Assembly (NCBI GenBank): GCA_035559535.1 | Contig: DATMBG010000036.1 | Span: 124,001-168,746, forward strand | From: Candidatus Limnocylindrales bacterium | GTDB taxonomy: Bacteria > Moduliflexota > Moduliflexia > Moduliflexales > JAUQPW01 | Direction of reading: 5' to 3' | DNA length: 44,746 nucleotides | Shown: one piece after another, positions 35,814-44,746 of the stretch | Layout: every line of letters begins with the position of its first letter | How positions within the stretch are numbered: position 1 is the stretch's first letter | Notes under the pieces: model-generated | What the model saw: only the letters and a program-made list of their open reading frames with translations | Told to the model about the DNA's origin: nothing | The model's database searches: none | Position numbers and translations under genes: made by a program

Positions 35814-37155
35814 ATCGTTTTAACAGGTCGTGAAAAGTGGGTCGACTGACCTCTATCTCTCGAGCTGCCTGGGTGATATTCCCTTTATTTCGCCGTAATG
35901 CCTGAATAATCAGGTCCCTTTCTGCTCGCTCCCGGACTTCTTGCAGGGTTAAAATAGAGCTGGTTCCCGTGCTGAGGTCAAGGTCCTGAGGCAGGATGAC
36001 TTTATCTTGAGCCATGATAATCGCGCGTTTTATCTTATTCTCTAATTCCCGTATGTTTCCAGGCCACTCATACTCCAACATGGCCCGCATCGCTTCCTTT
36101 GAAAACCCTCGAATTGCCTTCTTATGCTCCTGGCTAAATTTATTCAAAAAATGGGTCGCCAGCAAAATAATATCATCTCCGCGCTCCCGTAACGGAGGAA
36201 GAGTTATGGAGACTTCACTCAGGCGATAGTACAGATCCTCTCGAAAGTTTCCTCGCTCCACTTCCTTCTTCAAATCTCTATTCGTCGCTGCCAGCACCCG
36301 AATATCCAGTTTAATGGGCTGTCTTCCTCCAACCCGTTCGATCTCCCGCTCCTGCAAAAACCGTAACAGCTTTACCTGCAAAAGAGGGGACAACTCCCCA
36401 ATCTCATCTAAAAAAACGGTTCCCCCATCGGCCACTTCAAGCTTCCCTTTCCGTGTCGTATACGCTCCTGTAAATGCCCCCTTCTCATAACCAAATAACT
36501 CACTCTCCAGCAAATTCTCAGGAATCGCCCCACAATTAATCGTTATAAAAGCCTTCCCACGCCTTAAACTCTGATAATGGATCGCCCGGGCTACTAACTC
36601 CTTCCCCGTCCCACTCTCCCCATAAATCAGGACCGTTACATTCGTCGGTGCCACCCGCTTCAATAATCCAAACATCTCCCGTATCTGTTCACAGTTGCCC
36701 AGAATGTCTTCAAACTTGCTCTCCCCTTCCACCTTCCGCTGCAACGCCAAATTCTCTTGCTCTAATCTCTGCACATGAAACGCTCGCCGGATAATCACCT
36801 TTAACTCTTCCACATTGATCGGTTTCTGATAGTAATCATGGGCCCCCATCTTGATGGCTTTGAGGGCATTTTCTTTGGATTCGTTGCTGGTCACGATGAT
36901 AACCTTCGTCTGAGGGCTCATCTCTACGGCCTTTTGCAGCAACTCCAGACCCTCTTCACCACCCGGAGAGGGAGATAATCCCAGATCCAGCAGGAGGATG
37001 TGGGGTTTTTCGGTTTTTAAGAGTTTCAGGGCGATGTCTTCATTTTCGGCCAGCAGGACGTGATATTCCTCGGAAAGGGCCCATTTGATCTGTTTCCGGA
37101 TGGGTTCTTCGTCATCTACGACTAAGATTCTGGCTTTTTCTTGATCTGTTAGCAT
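35785..37155 (-). CDS. prsR: PEP-CTERM-box sigma-54 response regulator
   Basis: Receiver (VVDDE, LLDLGL, GAHDYYQKP), AAA+ (GESGTGKE, GAFTGA), Fis-type HTH; downstream of prsK. Confidence 0.92.
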   Translation of the reverse strand: MLTDQEKARILVVDDEEPIRKQIKWALSEEYHVLLAENEDIALKLLKTEKPHILLLDLGLSPSPGGEEGLELLQKAVEMSPQTKVIIVTSNESKENALKAIKMGAHDYYQKPINVEELKVIIRRAFHVQRLEQENLALQRKVEGESKFEDILGNCEQIREMFGLLKRVAPTNVTVLIYGESGTGKELVARAIHYQSLRRGKAFITINCGAIPENLLESELFGYEKGAFTGAYTTRKGKLEVADGGTVFLDEIGELSPLLQVKLLRFLQEREIERVGGRQPIKLDIRVLAATNRDLKKEVERGNFREDLYYRLSEVSITLPPLRERGDDIILLATHFLNKFSQEHKKAIRGFSKEAMRAMLEYEWPGNIRELENKIKRAIIMAQDKVILPQDLDLSTGTSSILTLQEVRERAERDLIIQALRRNKGNITQAAREIEVSRPTFHDLLKRYGINADEFK

Positions 37156-37179
37156 AGCTTAAAGAATTGTTTCCACTTT

Positions 37180-37370
37180 GAGACGCGGAGTTTCGGGACA
37201 TGGGGGCGCGGAGACAGAATTTCCCCTGTTTCCGTGTCCCATTGTCTCCCAGTCCTAAAGTCCCCGCGTCCCCCCATGTCCCCGCATCCCCATGTCTCAG
37301 ATATGGCCCTTCGTGGATAAATAAAATCAATAACTTACAATAACTTAACTTACGAGAAAATGCAAAAGTA
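37180..37370. repeat. Octamer-hairpin element (family copy 3, inverted) between prsK and prsR
   Basis: ggcccttcgtggataaataaaatcaataactta and aaaatgcaaaagta (37357-37370) match copy 1; hairpin made of different octamers (gtccccgc/atccccat versus gagacgcg/ggacatgg). Confidence 0.7.
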
Positions 37371-37380
37371 TCGTATTTTT

Positions 37381-39477
37381 TTACTTCGGGAGTTTTATTG
37401 TAAAGGTACTTCCTTTTCCCTCTTCACTTTCTACTTCGATCTTTCCTCCATGGGCCTCTATAATGGTTTTACATTGATACAATCCGATTCCCAAACCATT
37501 TTTCTTGGTTGTTTTAAAAGGCTTGAAAAGAGAGTTTTCTATAAACTCTCGAGACATCCCACGGCCATTATCTGATACTGCTAGGGTAATCCATCCATCT
37601 TCACAGGAGGTTCTTACCCGGATCTCACCTTTTTCTTCTATAGCCCCTGCTGCATTCAATAACAGGTTCATCAGGACATTCTGGATCTGCTCAGAATCCA
37701 CTTTTATCTGGGGAACTACCCCCAAGTCTTTAACAACCGTAACTTTTTTATAGCTACTTAACTGAAATTTAGAAATAATCTCCTCGACCAGTTGATTAAG
37801 GTTCTCCTCTTTAAATTCTAACTTCAACTTATCGGGCGTCGCCGAGAGCTTGGTGGTCAGATCCCGCATTTTTGAAACCAGATCCGACATCATCTTGAGT
37901 ACATCCTGTTGAAATTCTGGATCCCGCATACGCTGGTCGGTGGCATTTTGAAGAACCAGAGAGAGCATATAAATATAATTTTTGATATCATGAATGACGA
38001 AGGAAGAAAGTCGATGAAAAGTTTCCATTTGCTTTGCAGCAATGGATTCTTGAGACAACTTCGCAATAAGGATATTGCTGGCAACTTGATTGGCGATAGT
38101 CTTGAGAAGTTCATAGTCTGCGTAGGTATAAGTTCCGGTGGTTAGCTCCTTACTTAAGGTCATCAAACCGACCAGGGTTTGTCCACTTATCAAAGGCAGA
38201 CAAACGGTTGCCTTCGTTTCTTTGAAAAAATCCTTATTTTCTTCATAAATAGCAGAAAGTCTTGGATCCTTATCCAGGTCTTGAGTGCTTATCAAAGCCC
38301 CTGTGTCCTTGAAATAACGGATGAGGCTGTTATTTCCTTTTATCTTTATAGAGGTTTCTGAGATGTTCATGCCTTTGGCCAGATAGAATTCATTTTTCTC
38401 CTCATCATAGAGCCAGAGGGTGATATAATTTACCCATATGGTTTTGGCCAGGAGATCGATAATAGCCGGGAGAAGTTCCTTCAAGGATATTTTGGAACTA
38501 AGCCCTTCGGTAAATTCCGACCACTTTTCCCGGTAGTCATATTTGTTTTTATAAAAATTTTGACTGATATAAAGTTTAACTTTTCGTCGAACATTTTCCG
38601 ATAGCAAAACTATTACCAAAATTAAAGTTGTGATAAAGGTAAATAAAACAGGTAAAGAAACGCTTTCTCTCCCGCCAATATATCGCATAAGTTGGCCGGC
38701 GAGTCCCAGTATCAAGAGATAGACACCGACGATTGAAACGGCTAAGGAACGGTAAACAACTTGCCTGGAGACGAAGACGTCTACATCCAGAAGTCTATGT
38801 CGGACAAGGGAGAAGGCAATCAGAACCGTAGAGATAAAGATAACGCCCGAGATGGCCGGAAGAAAACCCAGGTTGAGTATCGAGAAAAGGAGGTACTGGC
38901 TACTCAGGTAGATGAAAAAAGCAAAGATCGCTCCAACTCCTACGGCGGTATATTTAATTTTCCACCTATTCACCGCAGTTGAAGCACGAAGGGTACTTTC
39001 TAAATTTACCAGAATGCTTAGAGAAGTAAGCAGGAAGAAAATGTAAAAATAATACCCAACTCGACCCAGGAAAAGAAATTCTCCAGGGGATTGTTCCGGG
39101 AGGGCCCAGACAAATCCATCAGACCAGATAAAAGCAAGAAAAGTGAAAGTGATAAGATACACTCCCAGAATAACCCACTTCCATTTGGTCAGGAGTTGGG
39201 GATAATTACTCCTGGAAAAAGTTAGACTAAAAAGCAACCAGTTAGGAGCCGCAAGGCTTTCTCCAACCAAAGCCAGCCGTTTCCAGAAAAGCACTGAAGC
39301 CATCGACGAGGAAACAGAGACCATTAAATTCCCGAATTCTATAATAGCTAAGGCCAGCATCCCAAAGGAAAAGCTTCGGTTGACGATATGCTTAGAATTT
39401 CTGGAAAATACAAATAAAGCCAGCCCTATACAGGTTATAAGACTGAATGTAGAGAAAATAAGCCCGATAGATGACAT
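37381..39477 (-). CDS. prsK: PEP-CTERM system histidine kinase
   Basis: Multi-TM N-terminus, NLESTLR, FYKNKYDYREKW, GAF domain, H-box SSFVIHDIKN, DNGRGM, GLGIGLYQCK. Confidence 0.93.
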   Translation of the reverse strand: MSSIGLIFSTFSLITCIGLALFVFSRNSKHIVNRSFSFGMLALAIIEFGNLMVSVSSSMASVLFWKRLALVGESLAAPNWLLFSLTFSRSNYPQLLTKWKWVILGVYLITFTFLAFIWSDGFVWALPEQSPGEFLFLGRVGYYFYIFFLLTSLSILVNLESTLRASTAVNRWKIKYTAVGVGAIFAFFIYLSSQYLLFSILNLGFLPAISGVIFISTVLIAFSLVRHRLLDVDVFVSRQVVYRSLAVSIVGVYLLILGLAGQLMRYIGGRESVSLPVLFTFITTLILVIVLLSENVRRKVKLYISQNFYKNKYDYREKWSEFTEGLSSKISLKELLPAIIDLLAKTIWVNYITLWLYDEEKNEFYLAKGMNISETSIKIKGNNSLIRYFKDTGALISTQDLDKDPRLSAIYEENKDFFKETKATVCLPLISGQTLVGLMTLSKELTTGTYTYADYELLKTIANQVASNILIAKLSQESIAAKQMETFHRLSSFVIHDIKNYIYMLSLVLQNATDQRMRDPEFQQDVLKMMSDLVSKMRDLTTKLSATPDKLKLEFKEENLNQLVEEIISKFQLSSYKKVTVVKDLGVVPQIKVDSEQIQNVLMNLLLNAAGAIEEKGEIRVRTSCEDGWITLAVSDNGRGMSREFIENSLFKPFKTTKKNGLGIGLYQCKTIIEAHGGKIEVESEEGKGSTFTIKLPK

Positions 39478-39622
39478 ATCTAACCCTTTGAGGTAAATTA
39501 ACTTACTGCACGATTCTGTTTTTTTAGCCGGTTATAAATGGGTTTTGTTTAGGATTGAATTGATTATTAGTTTTTTAACTTTCTCATAAAGCTTCTATTT
39601 TTGCAAGTAAAAAATCACCATC

Positions 39623-39839
39623 GTAACTGTAACAATTTCTTATGAAAATCGCCTTACGATTTTCACGCTTTGTGGCGACCCAACGGGTCATGACTGTTTA
39701 GTAAGTGGAAAAAACACCCCCCTGGCCCCCCTCCAGGAGGGACTTCAGCAGCAGCAACCCTACGTCAGTCCCTCCTGGAGGGGGGCCAGGGGGGTGTTCA
39801 GACAGAAAAAAGTGACATCTACTGAATTGTTACAGTTAC
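39623..39839. mobile_element. MITE (217 bp) with perfect 15-bp TIRs and 9-bp target-site duplication
   Basis: gtaactgtaacaatt (39623-39637) / aattgttacagttac (39825-39839); atcaccatc at 39614-39622 and 39840-39848; internal perfect 32-bp inverted repeat 39713-39744 / 39767-39798. Confidence 0.88.
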
Positions 39840-39869
39840 ATCACCATCTGAATTTGGATCGACTGGGTT

Positions 39870-39938
39870 CTGAGCCTGTGGAAGAGAGAATCTTTCGGGG
39901 TTAGCAGCGAAGAATTCACCCTTCGACCCAGCCCAGGG
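39870..39938. repeat. Degenerate REP-like pair
   Basis: ctgagcctgtggaag ... cccttcgacccagcccaggg resembles the CTGAGC.TGTCGAAG / CTTCGACA.GCTCAG palindromic repeat type. Confidence 0.4.
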
Positions 39939-40043
39939 TGAGACAGGAGGTCCCCTTCGAGATAAAAAAGATACCCCGGAAAGTCCTCTAGAGAAAGTCA
40001 GCAGGTATTCAGTAGGTTAAGTATCCCGCTTGATATAAAAAAG

Positions 40044-41501
40044 CTATTCTTTACGATCCGGGACTTTCTCGAAGATGGCGATAAGTGAGAGAGGTGGAAG
40101 TGGAAGCCAGGATTCCATTCTTCTGAACAGTGGGACCAGGAGATTTAACATTTTGATTTGTCCGAATCCGAAGGTTTTTTGTGGCAAGACCTGACCGTTT
40201 AGCCACCATCCGATCACACCGGCTCGATTGAATTCCAACACTTCCTGGACGTGGAAACCGGCCTTTATTCCCACAGAGATCAATTGTTCTTTGGTGTATC
40301 GCCGGTAGTGTCCCAGAACCCGGTCTAAACTTCCGTAGAGGTTGGGTCCTTGTGGAACCAGAACGATGGCCCGTCCTTTATCTTCTAAGACATTTCGGAT
40401 GTTTTGTAAGGCAGCAACATCGTCCTTTACATGTTCAATAACGTTGAGACAGATGACTGTATCAAACTGTTGACCTTTGGGAAAGGAACCCGGATCGGTC
40501 ACATCTGTGAAGGTGACGTGAAGATAGGGTCGAGTGGAACAGAGTTTACGAAGACTGTCTAAATACAGCGGATTAACATCAGTTGCCCAATAGACTGGCT
40601 GAGGGGTCAGATTTAGCGTTATATTCCCGATTCCGGCTCCGATTTCCAGAACTCGTTTCCCGATGTAGGGTCGTACCGTATCTGCCATCCAGCGTGTGAA
40701 TCTTGGAGCCCGGTTCAGGCGAGCCAGAATTTCACTTCCATATTTATCTGCCGTATAGATTTGATCGGAAACCGCGTATTTGAGGATAGCTCCAAGCGCC
40801 AATAGTCCATCTTTCCAGTTGATCTTTTTGCCTTCCTGATAAGTTCGACCCGAGTAACTGATAGGGACCTCGAAGATACGGGCCCCCCGTTTCGCCAATT
40901 TGATGGTTATTTCAGGTTCTATGCGAAAGTCACAACTCTCCAGGGGGATACTCTTTAGAAGCGAGGTTCGGACCATTTTGTAACATGTTTCCATGTCTGT
41001 AATGTTGAGATCACAGACCAGGTCACAGAGGAAGGTAAGGAGACTATTCCCCAGAGCATGGCGGAAGAAGAGGACCCGCTTAAATTCACCGGCTAAAAAA
41101 CGGGATCCGAAAACTGCATCTGCATCTTCCTCTAAAAATAGAGGAATCATTTTCAATAAATCCCGGGGATGATACTCCAGATCTGCATCATGGATCACCA
41201 CCAGTTCGGTATCTACATACTCAAGACCGGTTCGGATGGCAGCTCCTTTTCCCTGGTTTTCTTCATGATGGAGGAATATCCATTCGAATTTAGGGCTCCA
41301 GGGATTTGCTTCCCAGGACTTTTGGAATTGTTTTAGCGAAGCTTCCGTTTGATCGGTGGAGTAATCGTCAACCACGATCACCTTGATCCGGCTTAATAGG
41401 GGTGACTCACCGAGTACCTGAAGGCGGTTGAGACTTGCCTGAACCAGGTACTGCTCATTGTATACAGGTACGATAATGGAGAGGGTCGTACTGGTTGCCA
41501 T
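40044..41501 (-). CDS. Bifunctional DPM-like GT2 / class I SAM methyltransferase
   Basis: IVPVYNE, NQGKGAA, HDADLEY, VFGSRF, TDMETCYK; C-terminal VLEIGAGIG, FDTVICLNVIEH, GHYRRY; GGAG RBS. Confidence 0.9.
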   Translation of the reverse strand: MATSTTLSIIVPVYNEQYLVQASLNRLQVLGESPLLSRIKVIVVDDYSTDQTEASLKQFQKSWEANPWSPKFEWIFLHHEENQGKGAAIRTGLEYVDTELVVIHDADLEYHPRDLLKMIPLFLEEDADAVFGSRFLAGEFKRVLFFRHALGNSLLTFLCDLVCDLNITDMETCYKMVRTSLLKSIPLESCDFRIEPEITIKLAKRGARIFEVPISYSGRTYQEGKKINWKDGLLALGAILKYAVSDQIYTADKYGSEILARLNRAPRFTRWMADTVRPYIGKRVLEIGAGIGNITLNLTPQPVYWATDVNPLYLDSLRKLCSTRPYLHVTFTDVTDPGSFPKGQQFDTVICLNVIEHVKDDVAALQNIRNVLEDKGRAIVLVPQGPNLYGSLDRVLGHYRRYTKEQLISVGIKAGFHVQEVLEFNRAGVIGWWLNGQVLPQKTFGFGQIKMLNLLVPLFRRMESWLPLPPLSLIAIFEKVPDRKE

Positions 41502-41771
41502 ACATTCTCCTCTTTTTTAATGAAGGGCTATGAGAATCTTTGGGATTAATACCTTTCGACTTATTACCAAACCAATCGCTTCGCTCCTGCCATTATCGGC
41601 GATGACAGGCCGGAGTATCCTTTTCAACTTGGAAAGGTATTACTCTACCCTCATTCAGGGGCTTTTATTGTAAAGACTTCCTGAAAGCCTATGGAAGAAA
41701 TATAAGAGTTTTAGGAATAGAGCGTCAACCAGAATTTTGAGTTGGCGAAGAATTTAGGAAGGTTTTTAAAG

Positions 41772-41798
41772 CCCCCGAGGCTTTCAGAACCTCGGGGG
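41772..41798 (-). terminator. Hairpin downstream of the large mosaic gene
   Basis: cccccgagg / cctcggggg 9-bp stem about 30 bp after the stop; weak U-tract. Confidence 0.45.
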
Positions 41799-41827
41799 AA
41801 GGGGTGGAAGTTTTTGGGCAGGAACCT

Positions 41828-44746
41828 TTACCTTATTCCGGTAAAGTTTACGACCATATCCGTCATTAAATCGGCTAAAGGCTGAGTTCTAGGATTAAAC
41901 AGGTACCTTTCTTTAGATGGCGTCAGGGTATAGTCCCCACCCTGGGTCAGACCTTCAAACCTATAGTTTCCATATCTATCGGTTTGAGTGGTCTTAACTT
42001 GCGTTCCACTGAGGGTTATACTAACCCCTTTGATAGCTCTACCCAGCATGTCTTTTACCTGGCCTGAGATGGTCACAGACTTTAAGGTAAAGGTTGTATT
42101 TGAAGCTGGAACTGGTGCAGGGGTGAGGGTGGAAGCCAGCTTATTGAAAAGGATGTGCCAGCTTCCATCTTTGGGTCGCCAAACTGCTATATCGGCCTTC
42201 TTATCCCCATCATAATCTCTAGGTACCGGAATATCTTGGGATAGCCCATAGGGTGTTATTTTAATTCCGCCGGTGGATAAGAGAATGTACCAGGTTCCCG
42301 TACTGGGGCGCCAAACCGCCATATCGGCCCTTCCATCCCCATCATAATCTGCAGGTACCGGAATATCTCCGTTCTGTCCCCATATCACTCTTATTATATC
42401 TCCTCCATGGGACGGTATGACAGCCCATCCACCTGTAGAAGGTCTAAAGATAGCCATATCGGCAATTCCGTCTCCATCATAGTCACCTGGAACTGGAATA
42501 TCTGAAGAACTTCCAAATTTCTGGATCAGGGATTTACCTGAGGATCTCAAAATGTACCAGGTTCCCTGGGAAGGTCGGAAAACTGCAAAATCCGCTCTTC
42601 CATCCCCATCATAATCTTCAGGTACCGGTTTATCGCCAGATGTTCCCCAGGTTTGGATGATAGGATTACCGGTGCTAAGGGCTACATACCAATTTCCTTC
42701 CGTGGATCTCCATCCGGCAACATCCGCTTTTTTATCTCCATCGTAATCTTCAGGTACCGGTTTATCGCCAGATGTTCCCCAGGTCAGGGAAAGCTCATTG
42801 GAGTCAGAAGCTGGCGTTGGAATCGGCGTTGGAGTCGAAGCAGGTTTAGGAGTCGGGGTTGGGGTCGCAGTTGGAACAGATTTAGGCTTCTCAATTGGGG
42901 TTGCAGTCGGCTTAGGTGTGGGCGTTGGAGTTGAAGCAGGTTTAGGAGTCGGCGTCGGGGTCGGTGTCGAACTAGAAACAGGAGTTGGAGATGGAGGAAC
43001 AGTCCCTAATACGGTTGGTGAACCACCATTTTCAAAAATAGCATAGGTATATTGCAATTCGCCTTTATTATAGCCGAGATAGAAATTACCTGATGAGGAG
43101 TCGAAGATCGTATCGATGAAATGCCCAACTTGAGTATCACTTGCAGCCCGTTTTACGGGTTCTCCGTAAATACCTTTTGTACCACGATTAAAGAAGTATT
43201 TTGCCCGGTCGTAGAGTGTACGATCACCGGTATATTTATATCCACGCACTAATATATTCACCAGAGATTCTGTATAGACAGGATCCCAGAATGTAACCGG
43301 CGTTTGTGCAGAATATTTTTGCCAGGATTGACCATTTTTTACTCCAAACCAGCTTGAGGTATATTGATAGACCGGATCAAGTCCATATTTATCAACGAAC
43401 CGTGCCATGGCGATCATGCGATTCCTAAGTTCCGCTCGCCCTGTGGTTCGATAGGCGTGCTCGAAGGCTTCACCTAATATACCAAGTGAAAATGAAGACT
43501 GCATCCGCACACCGCTGGCATAGGTACCTGCTCCTGCCACATAATCCGTCTGCCAATCTCCTACAAAATACATACCGTAATTAGAGTCCCAATCAGGGGA
43601 TTGTAACCAAAGATCGATGAGCTTATCACGTAAATCGATCCAACGTTGTTTTTTGGTAACCTCTGCAAGACGGGTGATAAGGAGTAAATGCCGTGCAGGT
43701 TGCCGGGCCCCATAGTATGACATACTAAATTGTCCTGGCACCGGATAATTGTTGTTGACTCTCTTACTCCAGATGGCTTCAATATCTGCACCAATACTTT
43801 CTGCTGTAGTCAGTGCCTTTGTATCACCTGTATATTCGTACCAGGCAAGTAATCCCCATCCATAGGCATGATCCAACCCAAACGCATCACGATCATAACA
43901 ATAGGTTGTATAATAATCACCTGGACACGTTAACATCACATTCTCAAAATAATTCGCCCAGGCAGTTGCCCGATCTAAATATCCTTTTTGCCCGGTGCGA
44001 CGATACATCATGAGGTAGGTCCATAAATCATCTCCCTCCGTCTCTCCATGAATATCCGGGTCACTCACAACATAAGTAGAGTCTGAAGGGAAGTTCGGCT
44101 CCTGGGAAGTATTCCAGGTCCATCCCCATGATCGGTAAGTGTTTTTCTCATCCTGTAGTGACGGCATAAGAACTCCGCCTATCTGGGTTGATCCAGAAGA
44201 GGGTGGTGGAGTAGAAGAAGGAGTAGAGGTAGGAGTAGGAGTTGGGGTGGGAAGAACTGTAGCTGTAAGGGTCATAAAGGTCTGGTCGGTGGACACTGCC
44301 AGGTTCCCTGCGGCATCAGCAGAACTTACCCGATAGTGGTAAAGGGTGTTAGCATTGAGGCCGGAGAGGGTAACCGAGTGGCTGGTCAGGAGTGTGGAGT
44401 TGAGAGGAGTAGAATTTCCATAGCTGGTGGTAGGCCCATATTCTACTTTCGTGGTAGAAGGAGTATTTGTGGTCCATGAAATGGTAGCTGAATTTGCGGT
44501 AATGGAGGAAACGAGGATATTCGAGATTATGGGAGCCGATGTAGAAGGAGTACCCCCTCCATAGCGGTAAGCCCAGGTACGTCTACCTGAAGCAGAATCT
44601 GCAAGAAAAATAAATACGTTATCTACCGGATCATAATCCAGTGCATGAAAAGCCAAAGTACCCACAGAACTCCCAGCAGGTTGGGTTTGCATAATTCGAC
44701 TTGCCCAGGTCTTGGTAAGGGGATTGTAGGCATAGAAGACTCCGTT
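41828..44746 (-). CDS. Large mosaic, probably secreted protein, 5' truncated by the window: Fn3 domain, Pro/Thr linkers, putative alpha/alpha-toroid carbohydrate-active domain, five FG-GAP-like repeats, C-terminal carboxypeptidase-regulatory-like beta-sandwich
   Basis: Frame is open to 44746 (NGVFYAYNPLTKTWASRI precedes M44692); ATISWTT...YG...HSVTLSGL...YHYRV; five DYDGD..AD motifs; ISGQVKD...TDRYGNYRF. Confidence 0.8.
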   Translation of the reverse strand, partial: NGVFYAYNPLTKTWASRIMQTQPAGSSVGTLAFHALDYDPVDNVFIFLADSASGRRTWAYRYGGGTPSTSAPIISNILVSSITANSATISWTTNTPSTTKVEYGPTTSYGNSTPLNSTLLTSHSVTLSGLNANTLYHYRVSSADAAGNLAVSTDQTFMTLTATVLPTPTPTPTSTPSSTPPPSSGSTQIGGVLMPSLQDEKNTYRSWGWTWNTSQEPNFPSDSTYVVSDPDIHGETEGDDLWTYLMMYRRTGQKGYLDRATAWANYFENVMLTCPGDYYTTYCYDRDAFGLDHAYGWGLLAWYEYTGDTKALTTAESIGADIEAIWSKRVNNNYPVPGQFSMSYYGARQPARHLLLITRLAEVTKKQRWIDLRDKLIDLWLQSPDWDSNYGMYFVGDWQTDYVAGAGTYASGVRMQSSFSLGILGEAFEHAYRTTGRAELRNRMIAMARFVDKYGLDPVYQYTSSWFGVKNGQSWQKYSAQTPVTFWDPVYTESLVNILVRGYKYTGDRTLYDRAKYFFNRGTKGIYGEPVKRAASDTQVGHFIDTIFDSSSGNFYLGYNKGELQYTYAIFENGGSPTVLGTVPPSPTPVSSSTPTPTPTPKPASTPTPTPKPTATPIEKPKSVPTATPTPTPKPASTPTPIPTPASDSNELSLTWGTSGDKPVPEDYDGDKKADVAGWRSTEGNWYVALSTGNPIIQTWGTSGDKPVPEDYDGDGRADFAVFRPSQGTWYILRSSGKSLIQKFGSSSDIPVPGDYDGDGIADMAIFRPSTGGWAVIPSHGGDIIRVIWGQNGDIPVPADYDGDGRADMAVWRPSTGTWYILLSTGGIKITPYGLSQDIPVPRDYDGDKKADIAVWRPKDGSWHILFNKLASTLTPAPVPASNTTFTLKSVTISGQVKDMLGRAIKGVSITLSGTQVKTTQTDRYGNYRFEGLTQGGDYTLTPSKERYLFNPRTQPLADLMTDMVVNFTGIR

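Noticed and set aside
37112-37330. 72-aa ORF between prsK and prsR
   Set aside because: Its GDAGT repeats are the translation of the octamer hairpin
42798-43046. Gly/Val-repeat ORF on + (also 44139-44336)
   Set aside because: Antisense shadow of the Pro/Thr linkers of the large minus-strand gene

Overview
Bacterial (Gram-negative-type) genomic window dominated by a cell-surface glycan and protein-sorting locus. After an RluA-family gene and a chemoreceptor (25-3670), two convergent glycosylation operons (4466-20140 on +, 24935-20121 on -) encode a polyprenol-phosphate-mannose synthase, a DUF2723/TMEM260-like membrane glycosyltransferase, many GT2 enzymes, methyltransferases, a radical SAM enzyme, an SDR epimerase, a HEAT-repeat protein, a Wzm/Wzt ABC exporter and a GT2/NodS-like/NodB-like trifunctional enzyme. 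A PEP-CTERM/exosortase system follows (exosortase, EpsI, PrsT, a PEP-CTERM protein, an OPX export protein, GT4, PrsR, PrsK), then a GT2-methyltransferase fusion and the 3' part of a large mosaic protein. Four sigma-54-type promoters and PrsR-type TGTAAA-N5-YCGACR boxes suggest a single regulon. The most notable observations are: (1) a candidate protein O-mannosylation pair co-regulated with PEP-CTERM sorting; (2) a ~60-aa module present six times across five glycosyltransferases; (3) a four-helix-bundle gene enclosed by inverted octamer arrays, with three gene-less hairpin relatives elsewhere; (4) two MITEs with clear TIRs and target-site duplications, one nested in a REP hairpin. All calls are by motif reading only; no database searches were run.
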